64,000 nucleotides of DNA, taken from positions 131,785 to 195,784 of the forward strand of contig CP064958.1 of the NCBI GenBank assembly GCA_016699085.1, read 5' to 3'. Source of the DNA: Candidatus Nomurabacteria bacterium (lineage in GTDB: Bacteria; Patescibacteriota; Minisyncoccia; Phycocordibacterales; UBA9973). Below, piece by piece: positions 29,181 through 38,943 of the stretch (positions within the stretch are counted from its first letter, which is position 1; each line of letters begins with the position of its first letter). The position numbers and the translations under genes were made by a program. The notes below the pieces were generated by a model that was not told where the DNA came from, searched no databases, and saw nothing but the letters and a program-made list of their open reading frames with translations.

Positions 29181-30232
29181 GTAAGTAAGTGGGTTATGGT
29201 AGCGATCAGGCTTTGAAGTCCGTGATTTTTTTTAATAAAAGGCGGCAGTATAGCAAGGGCATGTGTACTATATGTCTTATATTCTGTTATTATATTTTCG
29301 ATTTTTAGAGCCAGTGAGTCAGTATCTCTAAATATCCCTTCTGTATAGCCAGACTGGACAAGAACCTCTACCCCGGCAGGATTAGTAACAAGAACAGGAA
29401 CCCCCATAGCAAGCGCTTCAAGCAAGGCTTTATCGAGACTTCCTGTATCACTCATAGTAACAAAAAGATGTGAATTCTGTAAGTAACGAGGAATAGCATC
29501 GTGTGCCTTACCGCCAGCAAATGTAATAGCGTTCGGTGGATTAACAAAGCTTGCTTTCTCTTCTAGAAACTTTTTACATTTTATATCATTTGCCGTAATA
29601 GCTTCTCCAACAAACACCAGGCCAACCCGAATCCCCTTTTTTGTCACTTCAATTATTGCATCAATTATTCTATCGTTACGTTTAATAGATGACAAACGTC
29701 CAACAACTAAGATTTTAAATGATTCAGTAGATTGATAGGATAAAGGTTCAAGTGCTGGAGAAAAAAGTGTCATGTCGATACCGTGACCAACAATTTTCAC
29801 TTTCTTACTTTTTATACGAAAGCTTTCGGTTGATGCTGTAAAAATAATGTTAACGAGGAAGGTAGCTAGTCGGAGTTTCAGATCTACACTTTTGTGTGTA
29901 TACCAAAGAGAAATTTTTTTTCCAAGGAGAAACCAAACCTTCCATCCCAAAATCACATACACTGGATTCATGTGGACAAAAACAGTATCATACTCTTTTC
30001 TGTATTGCCAAATATATTTATAAAAACGTCGCAGGTAGTGGAATTTAGAAATAGAATCTTCTTTGCCGAGAGACAAAACTTGTACATTCTTTGGCAAATC
30101 GAAAGTGCCTTTTTTGAGACAAATCACCGTCACTTTTTCATATGTTTTTGCAAATTCTAAAATCCATGCATGGAAAAAACCAAGCGACGGATCTGTACTA
30201 TCTACTACCTGAGTAATAATAAGAAGTTTCAT
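29177..30232 (-). CDS. Glycosyltransferase family 1
   Basis: C-terminal ...SLDKALLEALAMGVPVLVTNPAGVEVLV. Confidence 0.7.
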   Translation of the reverse strand: MKLLIITQVVDSTDPSLGFFHAWILEFAKTYEKVTVICLKKGTFDLPKNVQVLSLGKEDSISKFHYLRRFYKYIWQYRKEYDTVFVHMNPVYVILGWKVWFLLGKKISLWYTHKSVDLKLRLATFLVNIIFTASTESFRIKSKKVKIVGHGIDMTLFSPALEPLSYQSTESFKILVVGRLSSIKRNDRIIDAIIEVTKKGIRVGLVFVGEAITANDIKCKKFLEEKASFVNPPNAITFAGGKAHDAIPRYLQNSHLFVTMSDTGSLDKALLEALAMGVPVLVTNPAGVEVLVQSGYTEGIFRDTDSLALKIENIITEYKTYSTHALAILPPFIKKNHGLQSLIATITHLLT

Positions 30233-31326
30233 AGAAGTTTTTTAAATGCGTCTTGGTATGCTTGCATATACGCTTCAGTATCAAGAACATTAAGTGAAGC
30301 CCGGACATCTGAACGATTAAACGCAGAATCATACAAAACATTGGCAAGTCTTTCTGTTATCATATCTTGATCTCCAACATTTACCTTATACCCATTAACA
30401 CCGTCTTCAATAATTTCTTCAACACAACCGACCGTCGTTGCAACAACTGGCGTGCCAGAAGCAATTGATTCAACTACAGTCATTCCCCAGCTCTCATAGT
30501 TTGATGTAAGTAAAAAGACATCCGCAAATTGATACCATGGCCTTAGATCATTCACCCAAGGTAGAAGAATAACTTTATTTTCGATGTGCAAGCTGGTGAC
30601 CAAATTCTTTATTACACTCTCTTGACTTCCTCTACCAATAAGAACAAGAAATACACTAGAATGTAGCTTTACAAATGCTTCTAGTCCAAGTGGAATATTT
30701 TTCTGCTTCTCGAATCGTGATGCCATAAGGACCACCTTTGCTTTTTCAGGAATTTCTTTTGGTCGTGGTAATTGCATGACTTCTGAAAAATAACCAATAT
30801 CTGTTGCAATAGGGAGAGTCGTAATCTTCTCTGGACTGATAGCTAGTTGTGTCACGAGATACTTTGTAATTTGTTCAGAAACAGATCGGATTCCTGTTGC
30901 TTTTGGGAGGATATAGTTGGCAATTCTTGCTTGCCAAACATGTCGAATTGATTCTTGTTTAAATTCTGGAGTAAAAAAATTAATATGGATTTGAAGCTGT
31001 AGTGGCACAGCAAAACGTTTGGCGACAAAATATGCCAAAAAACCAATTTCAAAAGGATCTTGCGAAGTAATCACAGTATCTCTTTTTGGTTTATCTTGTA
31101 TAATATTCTTAATTTGTCTATAAGCTTCAAGTAGTGCTCTCACTTTATTTTTTGCAAAAATCGGGTATATACTAACATTTGCTATCTGAGATTTTTCACG
31201 CTTCGTCTTTGTGAAAGCAATAATATGGTACTCATCAAAAAGTTTCCCATAGGAAAGTATCCGCTCGCGCACTTTGGAGCTTTCATCAAATAGTCCTTCT
31301 TCAACGCCTAGAGAAATTATTTTCAT
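30229..31326 (-). CDS. Glycosyltransferase family 1
   Basis: ...SNYESWGMTVVESIASGTPVVATTVGCVEEIIEDGVNGY. Confidence 0.8.
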   Translation of the reverse strand: MKIISLGVEEGLFDESSKVRERILSYGKLFDEYHIIAFTKTKREKSQIANVSIYPIFAKNKVRALLEAYRQIKNIIQDKPKRDTVITSQDPFEIGFLAYFVAKRFAVPLQLQIHINFFTPEFKQESIRHVWQARIANYILPKATGIRSVSEQITKYLVTQLAISPEKITTLPIATDIGYFSEVMQLPRPKEIPEKAKVVLMASRFEKQKNIPLGLEAFVKLHSSVFLVLIGRGSQESVIKNLVTSLHIENKVILLPWVNDLRPWYQFADVFLLTSNYESWGMTVVESIASGTPVVATTVGCVEEIIEDGVNGYKVNVGDQDMITERLANVLYDSAFNRSDVRASLNVLDTEAYMQAYQDAFKKLL

Positions 31327-32351
31327 ACTATTGATAAATATTTTTTTACTATGTCTACTTCTGTATGTACATACAAAATACTCTGAGCTTTTTGTTTATA
31401 CGTATCATAATTCTCTATTAAATTTTGCAGACCTTCTTCTATTGAAGCTTGATTTGTTGGATCAATAAAAACACCACAGGCATGGAAGCGCTCATGAAGA
31501 CCTGTTTCTTTGGTTAAAATAAATGGCTTACCATACTCTAAACCTTCAAGAACGAGGTTGGGACTTACCTCTGAAAATGACACGACAGCAGTAGCATATA
31601 TATTTTTCATAAGGTGAGGTAATTTTTGGTGAGTAAAAGGTGTAGTATAGAGTTCTACATGTATACCTTTTTTTTGTACATTTGCCACAACGGTTTCTAA
31701 CATTTTATTATTTTTAAGTGGTATATTTCTGTTTGATGCTAAGAGCATAAAGTTTCCTTCGGGATTTTGAGCAGATTTCGGCTCAAAAACATTTTCAATG
31801 ACAACTATTTTCTCTTGTGACACACTGTATGTTTTTTCAATAATAGCACCATACCATGAGGTATTAACGACGACATACTTTGCATTTCGAAGTACGAAGG
31901 CTGTCATTTTTATAAGCATACTCTCTTTGAAAGAAAGAGTTTGTATGTTTGTATAGAAAGTTTTAAGCGATAGTGGATTCCCAGTGCGATTTACATATGC
32001 TTCCCATGTTGAGTCACCACCTACACGAACGACAAATGGTATCCCAGTAATAGAAGATACCAGAGCAGCCGGAAACCCAACACTTGTAGCATCAAAACAT
32101 ACTATGCTTGTAGCACCATGACACTTCATAAGTAGCCTAAAGAAAAAGATAACGTAGCGCAATAGTGTCGGCAATCTTTTCTCAATTTTCCACTGCACAA
32201 GCCTCACAGGAATCCCTTGAGCTTCTAAACCTTTGTAAAGCATGGAAGCATATTTTGCTGGACCACCAATATTAGGAGGGAAAAGCCCTGTGGCAATTAC
32301 AATAGAGGCTTTTTTCTGCATAGGATTAGAGTAGCCTTTTTTATTGAACAT
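31323..32351 (-). CDS. Glycosyltransferase (GT-B fold, GT1/GT4-like)
   Basis: N-terminal IVIATGLFPPNIGGPAKYASML with a C-terminal GT-B-like half. Confidence 0.55.
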   Translation of the reverse strand: MFNKKGYSNPMQKKASIVIATGLFPPNIGGPAKYASMLYKGLEAQGIPVRLVQWKIEKRLPTLLRYVIFFFRLLMKCHGATSIVCFDATSVGFPAALVSSITGIPFVVRVGGDSTWEAYVNRTGNPLSLKTFYTNIQTLSFKESMLIKMTAFVLRNAKYVVVNTSWYGAIIEKTYSVSQEKIVVIENVFEPKSAQNPEGNFMLLASNRNIPLKNNKMLETVVANVQKKGIHVELYTTPFTHQKLPHLMKNIYATAVVSFSEVSPNLVLEGLEYGKPFILTKETGLHERFHACGVFIDPTNQASIEEGLQNLIENYDTYKQKAQSILYVHTEVDIVKKYLSIV

Positions 32352-32367
32352 CGCAAATACATACTTG

Positions 32368-33528
32368 TTACAGTAGGTTGCTCATTTTTTGTGTAACTGC
32401 ATCCCAATCAAATTTCTTTATAACGAGTTCTTTGGCATTTATAATAATTTTTTGCTTAAGTTTTATATCTTCATATAAACGAACTGCTTTAGCGATTGAT
32501 GCAGGATTTTCTGAATCGCAAAAAATGCCAGTTTCCCTATCAGTGAGGAAGTCTGGTATACCACCAACAGGTGTGCCAACAACAGGAATACCTGCTGCCA
32601 TGGCTTCCAGGAACGAATTTCCAAGCCCCTCAGATAATGAGGGTCTCACAAAAATATCTGAGGCTTTCAAATACAGCGGCAATAGTTCATGTGAAATAAA
32701 GCCAACAAAAATAACTCTATCTTCCAACTTTAGGTTTGTAACTTTAGACTTTAGACTTTTCTCAAGCTTCCCTTGACCAGCAACAACTAATTTATATTGT
32801 TTTGGCAAGAATACCAATGCTTCAACAATATCTTTTACGCCATTTTTCTTTACTAATCGCGAAGCTGTCATAATAAATATATCTTCTGGCTGCTTACCTA
32901 ATTTTTTTTGTAGCCCAACTATTTCCTCTTCTGGAATATCTTTACTAAAATGCTCTATCGTAACTCCATTTGGAATTACTACAGGTTCATTTGAGTAACC
33001 CATATCTTTAGCGAATGTTGCCAGATAGTTTGAAATTACTTGTATCGTATCAGCCCTGCGGAAAATTTCGACAAATAATGGATAGACTAAAAATGCTCGT
33101 CGTTTTATATATGCAATTGGATCACCTTCTTGTAGTGTCAAAAGAAATAGAATTTTTGGATAACGCCATTTAAAAAAGAGTGCTGCAAAACCGGCATAGC
33201 TTGCCATGATTGACCACGTGTGTGTATAGCCGTATTCTCTATGAAGTTTTGTTGCTTTTACTAATGCTAAAAATGGATAGATATGTTTTATGATTGTTCG
33301 CAATATTTTTTGCAAAATCCCACTGCCACCACAATACGGACCAACGCCATAGATAGTCACATTACCTACCTGCATATTTCGATCATGTTCCGTTCGAAGC
33401 GTTACCATATCAAAAGAGGCATCAGGTATACGATCAGTAATTTCTTTGACCGCAACCTCTGCTCCGCCGATAAATCGAGGGAAGTATACCAATGAAAAAA
33501 TAAGTATCCGTTTAGACTTTTCTTGCAT
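32368..33528 (-). CDS. Glycosyltransferase family 1
   Basis: EGLGNSFLEAMAAGIPVVGTPVGGIPDFLTDRETG. Confidence 0.85.
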   Translation of the reverse strand: MQEKSKRILIFSLVYFPRFIGGAEVAVKEITDRIPDASFDMVTLRTEHDRNMQVGNVTIYGVGPYCGGSGILQKILRTIIKHIYPFLALVKATKLHREYGYTHTWSIMASYAGFAALFFKWRYPKILFLLTLQEGDPIAYIKRRAFLVYPLFVEIFRRADTIQVISNYLATFAKDMGYSNEPVVIPNGVTIEHFSKDIPEEEIVGLQKKLGKQPEDIFIMTASRLVKKNGVKDIVEALVFLPKQYKLVVAGQGKLEKSLKSKVTNLKLEDRVIFVGFISHELLPLYLKASDIFVRPSLSEGLGNSFLEAMAAGIPVVGTPVGGIPDFLTDRETGIFCDSENPASIAKAVRLYEDIKLKQKIIINAKELVIKKFDWDAVTQKMSNLL

Positions 33529-34630
33529 ATGATTTTAAAATAGATACATAGAGTGCAAATACTTCTCTACTCATGATTTCTCCAGTATATTGCATACCAC
33601 GCTCTTTAGCCTTTATTCCTTTTTGATGCCGAAAATCATCATTTGAAATAAGCTCAATAAGCGCAAGTGCTATATCTTCAGATGTCACCTGCGCAGGCAA
33701 AAGCGCACCTACAGTTGCATCAATTGCCTCACTCATACCACCGACATTATTTGCAATAACAGGTATACTAAGTTGCAAAGCTTCTAAAATTACCATTGGG
33801 AAACCCTCCCAATCAGATACAAGGACTAAAATATCACCTTCTGATAACTCAGCCAATGCTTTAGCTCTATCTAGAGTCTCAGTAATATATATACTTTTTT
33901 CTACATGCAGTGCTAGTATTTGTGTATTGAGCTTTGATTTTTTTGGTCCATTACCGAGCAATCGCACTTCTACCTTTGCCTGCAAAGCTTGAGGCAAACG
34001 GGCGAAAGCAGCAATCAGGAGATCCTGACGTTTTGGTTCTGCAAACCTTCCTAAAAACACAATTCGCAATTTCTTGTTTTCATGCTTTCGGGTAATATTG
34101 CTTGGGATGGTTACGCCATTATGAATAACATTAATCTTTTCCTTTTTGGCAATGGCGTACGACAATGCAATCTGCTGATCAAACACTGATACGCATATGA
34201 TTTTTTTGCAAAAGTATGCCGCAATCTTTTCTGCAACAATGGCAATAATTTTTTTAGGCAATGATACACCATTGATGAATCCCCAACCATGGGCTGTATA
34301 TACCACAGGATATCTATTCAATAGCCCTATGCGCCCAATAAATCCTGAAAATGAGCTATGTAGTGAGACGATATCGGGCTTAAATTCTAGTACAGCGTTT
34401 CGATATACAAAAAGTGCTCGGAGAATAAGTATCGGATTAAGTGTCTTTTGAATAAATCGATTTGGGATAAATGAAAATCCAAATGCTTTTGTTTCATCTG
34501 CAAGCCATCCACTAGTAGATGCCATTACAATAACTTCATCCCCATTTTTTTTATGTGCTGAAAGAAGTTCCCAAATGACGCTCTGGGCACCTCCGCATTC
34601 CGATTTTGTAATAAAATAAAATATTCGCAT
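33512..34630 (-). CDS. Glycosyltransferase family 1
   Basis: EGFPMVILEALQLSIPVIANNVGGMSEAID. Confidence 0.85.
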   Translation of the reverse strand: MRIFYFITKSECGGAQSVIWELLSAHKKNGDEVIVMASTSGWLADETKAFGFSFIPNRFIQKTLNPILILRALFVYRNAVLEFKPDIVSLHSSFSGFIGRIGLLNRYPVVYTAHGWGFINGVSLPKKIIAIVAEKIAAYFCKKIICVSVFDQQIALSYAIAKKEKINVIHNGVTIPSNITRKHENKKLRIVFLGRFAEPKRQDLLIAAFARLPQALQAKVEVRLLGNGPKKSKLNTQILALHVEKSIYITETLDRAKALAELSEGDILVLVSDWEGFPMVILEALQLSIPVIANNVGGMSEAIDATVGALLPAQVTSEDIALALIELISNDDFRHQKGIKAKERGMQYTGEIMSREVFALYVSILKSYARKV

Positions 34631-34647
34631 AGATTGGGATATGCGAC

Positions 34648-36753
34648 CTAAAACGGAATAGTGTACACGAAACCAGGAATTTCATTTTGCGCCTTCACTA
34701 ACGCCGTGTTGAAAAGATCGTCTTGGTTGCTGATTAAATATAAATTAAGCAATAACGAGCGAGTTTCCGACACAGCAGGCTGGAGAATAATAGCTTTGTT
34801 GACCAGATCAATTGCTTCATTAAATTTACTTGCTCCAACATATGTTTCAGCAAGCGTTAGATAGCCAAATACATTTGATGGTGAAAGTGCGAGTAATTTT
34901 TTTCCATACACCTCTGCAAGTGCATTTGCTTCAGCATCTTTGGCCTTGCTAATTTCATAAATCAAATTATTAATACGTGCAATTACAAATGGATTTTGAT
35001 AGTTATCTGGATCTTTTGCTTCTATGGATTGCAGAACTTTGACTTGAGCCTTGAGGTCAGTGATAGCGCGTTTTTCTCCATCTTCTGCAGACATAATAAT
35101 TGAGAAGTTATTGGCATATGACTGGTATAGTGCATCAGCAAATTGAGCCGTTGTTCGCGAAACTCCGACTGGTGACATGTGAGTAACATGCTCTAACCTG
35201 TTTACCCTCGTCGTAGGATCCGAGGTAACTAATTTTGACAATGCATGGAGTTTTGCAATCGGTAAAATTACTATCCATATAAGCACGCCAACATATAGCA
35301 ATTTTATTCCTACACTAAGTGCGATTTGTTTCGGTGGCAATATGACACCTTTCTCTTCTAAAGTCTGTTCAGACGTATCTTGTGTATTTTTATATATTCC
35401 TACGTATATACATGCGAGCACAACAATCCATATAACTGCAGTGGCCGGTGTATCAAAAAGAAAAAGATTTTGAAAAAAGTAGGCAATAAGTGCAGCAATA
35501 CCAAAGAGTACAAATAATGGTGTCTGTCTCATTTTCCAAGAATATCGCACCAGTACAACAAGCGGAAAGAAGAAAAGACAAAGATATAATACCAGTGCAG
35601 GCATACCGGCAACTGCTCCCCATTCCAACACTTGATTGTGTGGTTTATCTACCCATGGCTCAATAAGTGGGCTTGAGAAAAGCGCTGTATCAAAATATTT
35701 TTCAAATGCAATAAAATAGTTTTCTGGACCAAAACCGAACAAGGGTCTATCATGCATTGCTTGCAATGAAACTTTTGCATACGCCAAACGATTACCACCT
35801 GTCGTCTCAATAAAATATTTATTTAATGCTGTATTTGTTTGAAATGTTTTTACAATGCCAATTGTAGAGACAACAATCGCCATAAGCATAACCACCACAA
35901 TGCTATACCGCACCCATTTCTTTCCTTTTACAAATGTCACCCACATTCCTGCTGCAATCAGTCCGACGAGCATACCGAGCACTGCAGCACGAGCCTCACC
36001 CAAAAAAAGAGCTGGTTGATGGAGTATCTCTCCGATTGAGACTCTACCTAACCAAATGTTAAAGTTAAATAATGTTGGACTTACGGCAATCACAATACTT
36101 GTGATTGCATAGAAAATTCGCTTTGCTTTTGATGAAGTTGTAAACAGTAGATATATGTTAGCCAAAAGTGCAATGATTAAATATCCACCTAAAAATGATG
36201 AGTTGCCGAGGGTTGCACCTGAGGTGTCGGCAGCAATTTCGAGTGATTTAATACCCAAACCAGATGTACCTACATAGGTTTGTAGTGCCATTAAAAGTCC
36301 CGTACTACCTACAAGGACTAGCAATCTACGGAAATTTTCGATTGATGGAAAAACTGATCGAATAAGGATGAAGAAAAGATACAAGTGGATATAGAAAATA
36401 ACACCAAGTCCACGCATATAGTATGACCAAAATGAGGTAACAGGACTGGTACCGAAAATTGCCGAAAGAATTATCCACCCCAAAAAACCAATAAAGATCC
36501 AATCAATAATTCCAATTTTGTAGCGATAGCGTTCATCCTTGATAATAACACGTAGGTATATCCACAACAGAAATGCAGTAAGTGTGAGCCCTTCAAAGAT
36601 ATATACTTTAATCGCACCAATGCCGACATATGGACCTGGAGTCGTTAAGACAAAAAGTGGTACAAGGAAAATGGTTATTTCAATAATTCGCTTTAAAACT
36701 TTTCCTAGTAGATTAATTTTTTTTGCAGAGATTTTCATGGGTCGTAATGACAA
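34648..36753 (-). CDS. Wzy_C-domain (O-antigen ligase / O-oligosaccharyltransferase-like) polytopic membrane protein with C-terminal TPR repeats
   Basis: Multi-TM region with a ...VDKPHNQVLEWGAVAGMPALVLY... block as in the Wzy_C/WaaL/PglL family. The C-terminal ~200 aa are soluble and helical, TPR-like. Confidence 0.6.
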   Translation of the reverse strand: MSLRPMKISAKKINLLGKVLKRIIEITIFLVPLFVLTTPGPYVGIGAIKVYIFEGLTLTAFLLWIYLRVIIKDERYRYKIGIIDWIFIGFLGWIILSAIFGTSPVTSFWSYYMRGLGVIFYIHLYLFFILIRSVFPSIENFRRLLVLVGSTGLLMALQTYVGTSGLGIKSLEIAADTSGATLGNSSFLGGYLIIALLANIYLLFTTSSKAKRIFYAITSIVIAVSPTLFNFNIWLGRVSIGEILHQPALFLGEARAAVLGMLVGLIAAGMWVTFVKGKKWVRYSIVVVMLMAIVVSTIGIVKTFQTNTALNKYFIETTGGNRLAYAKVSLQAMHDRPLFGFGPENYFIAFEKYFDTALFSSPLIEPWVDKPHNQVLEWGAVAGMPALVLYLCLFFFPLVVLVRYSWKMRQTPLFVLFGIAALIAYFFQNLFLFDTPATAVIWIVVLACIYVGIYKNTQDTSEQTLEEKGVILPPKQIALSVGIKLLYVGVLIWIVILPIAKLHALSKLVTSDPTTRVNRLEHVTHMSPVGVSRTTAQFADALYQSYANNFSIIMSAEDGEKRAITDLKAQVKVLQSIEAKDPDNYQNPFVIARINNLIYEISKAKDAEANALAEVYGKKLLALSPSNVFGYLTLAETYVGASKFNEAIDLVNKAIILQPAVSETRSLLLNLYLISNQDDLFNTALVKAQNEIPGFVYTIPF

Positions 36754-36759
36754 ATAACT

Positions 36760-38835
36760 TTACTTACTGACACTATTGTCATTAAATAGTAGCCCCGTAT
36801 CAGCCAATGCTTGAGCTTGGGCTTCTTTTAATAACGTTTCATTCTTTGTAAGTACTGCTAAATTAATAATAATCTGGTGTGATTCTGGAATTAATCTATC
36901 AATTGCCAATCCCTTTTGAAAAGATACCAATGCATTTTCATAATCACCTTCGTAGATATATCTTTGCCCTAGCAACCAATAACCTTGCGGCATTGTTGGA
37001 GATATGGCAATAGTTTTATCAGCAGCATTTTGCATTTCAGTAAGCGCATCCGAATCTAATTTATTTAAAATTGCAATTTTTAAACTTGCAATACGCCCAA
37101 GCGCAAGTGTCGCCTGCGTGTTTATCGGATGTATAAGGAAACTATCATTAAGCACTTTTGCCATTGCATCAAGATCAGTAATAATAATATCTTTCTGCGG
37201 CTCGGCTAATACTACAATCTCATCTATGTGCGCCTGATATAGCTGGCTATACGTATCTACTCGTTCTGCTATAAATATGCCACTACCAAATGGAGATATG
37301 GATTCAACTCGAGCATAGGACAGCTGTCTATCTTCGATTGGCATTTGTGATTCAACAAATGCATGCTTGAGCTTGCTCATTTCAGGAATCATAATAACGA
37401 GCGTGACTACAACAAGCACAACGCCGCATACAGCACGACTTATAAAATTAATATTTGTAACAGGCTTTGTTTCGATTCCTAGATTTACACTTCTTAAACT
37501 ACCTTCAGAAGAAATGACCCAGGCCATAACTGCAAATAGTAACAAGTAGCTCGTTGGTGTATCAAATACAAATACATTACTTATAAGTGCAGTAAAAAGA
37601 AAACCATTGATGCTTGCAAAAAACCAACGATGCTTAGTCAAGCGGTAAACTCTAAATGATCCCCACGCAATACAGCCAAGCATAAACATATAAGCAATAC
37701 CCCCAATTATACCTGTCGTCGAGAGCCATTCCATATAAGCGTTGTGGGGTTTATCACTCCACTGCTCTTTATTATATGCTGCAAGCATCATGTCTGGATT
37801 GAAATATTTCTCATAGGTATATCGATATGTTTCAGGCCCGCTACCTAGGACAGGATGGTCCTGGATACCTTGAAGCGCAATATCCCAATAGATAAAACGA
37901 CTACCAGTAGCTTCTTGGATGAATGCTTGATGTATATATGTCTGTGGCAGCACAAGGAGTATAAGAGACACCAGAAATCCAACTATGGTACAAAAAAGAA
38001 TAATACGTCCTGACCATTTTTTTATCGTACGCTGTGATGTTGACCAGATAATGCCCCACACTATGAGCAAGCCTCCAATAAGCGCAATAACATCGGCACG
38101 AGCATTTCCAAGCACGTCAACTACTCGGGTAATGGAGCCATGAAATATCGCAAAATTAACAAGCGTTGGATTAACAAGTATGGTAGCCCCAACAATACCG
38201 AACACGATTCGACTCGTCCGGGTCGTTGCCGTGGCAAAAAGATATATAGCAATGAATAATGCTTCAGCAAGATACGTACCAGTAAATGAAGAGTTACCAA
38301 TAAGTCCGCCGCCTGAACTATTTTCCAAAACTTGACTTGTAATGATTCCAAATCCGCTCGGACCAAGAATAACCGAGAGACTCACAATGACTGCAGCCCC
38401 AGTAATTGGATAAAGCAAAAAACGTCTGATCTTTTTTGGATCTTTGAGTGCTACCCCAATTGCAATAGCCCCAAGTGCTACAAGCAGTATAAAAAAAGTA
38501 CCAGTTCCCCGTTCCGGATGTCCAAGCCATGACAGTACCCTATCTACACTACCAAGCATTGCCACTACCAAAACAATAAGGAATGCAACAATACCCCACG
38601 TCATTCTCGTATACAATAGATTCTTGAGCGTTGCCCATGGCACAGCAAACAATACAAGCGCTATCGTACAAGCACTACCGATGGCTATAATAAATGTCTT
38701 CGAATTTATATAATTGAACCATATCCCAGAAAATACAACAGTAGATCCAAAAAATAATGTACAGGCAATAATATACGGCAAAACAGGCAAAAGCATACTT
38801 GTGCATTTTTGCTGAAAAATTTCTATAGTTTTCAT
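36760..38835 (-). CDS. Second Wzy_C-domain (O-antigen ligase / O-oligosaccharyltransferase-like) membrane protein with C-terminal TPR repeats; paralog of the upstream gene
   Basis: ...SDKPHNAYMEWLSTTGIIGGIAYMFMLG... block. Same architecture as 34648-36753. Confidence 0.6.
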   Translation of the reverse strand: MKTIEIFQQKCTSMLLPVLPYIIACTLFFGSTVVFSGIWFNYINSKTFIIAIGSACTIALVLFAVPWATLKNLLYTRMTWGIVAFLIVLVVAMLGSVDRVLSWLGHPERGTGTFFILLVALGAIAIGVALKDPKKIRRFLLYPITGAAVIVSLSVILGPSGFGIITSQVLENSSGGGLIGNSSFTGTYLAEALFIAIYLFATATTRTSRIVFGIVGATILVNPTLVNFAIFHGSITRVVDVLGNARADVIALIGGLLIVWGIIWSTSQRTIKKWSGRIILFCTIVGFLVSLILLVLPQTYIHQAFIQEATGSRFIYWDIALQGIQDHPVLGSGPETYRYTYEKYFNPDMMLAAYNKEQWSDKPHNAYMEWLSTTGIIGGIAYMFMLGCIAWGSFRVYRLTKHRWFFASINGFLFTALISNVFVFDTPTSYLLLFAVMAWVISSEGSLRSVNLGIETKPVTNINFISRAVCGVVLVVVTLVIMIPEMSKLKHAFVESQMPIEDRQLSYARVESISPFGSGIFIAERVDTYSQLYQAHIDEIVVLAEPQKDIIITDLDAMAKVLNDSFLIHPINTQATLALGRIASLKIAILNKLDSDALTEMQNAADKTIAISPTMPQGYWLLGQRYIYEGDYENALVSFQKGLAIDRLIPESHQIIINLAVLTKNETLLKEAQAQALADTGLLFNDNSVSK

Positions 38836-38875
38836 ATTGCCTTATAGTAACATATAATTTTGCCTTCCTAAAAAC

Positions 38876-38906
38876 ACAAAAACCACCCCCGAGGGGGTGG
38901 TTTTTG
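38876..38906. terminator. Strong rho-independent terminator after the surface-protein gene
   Basis: aaaaaccacccccgagggggtggtttttg. Confidence 0.65.
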
Positions 38907-38943
38907 TTATCTTTAGCAATTGCTTGCTTTGGATGCCTCTCGC

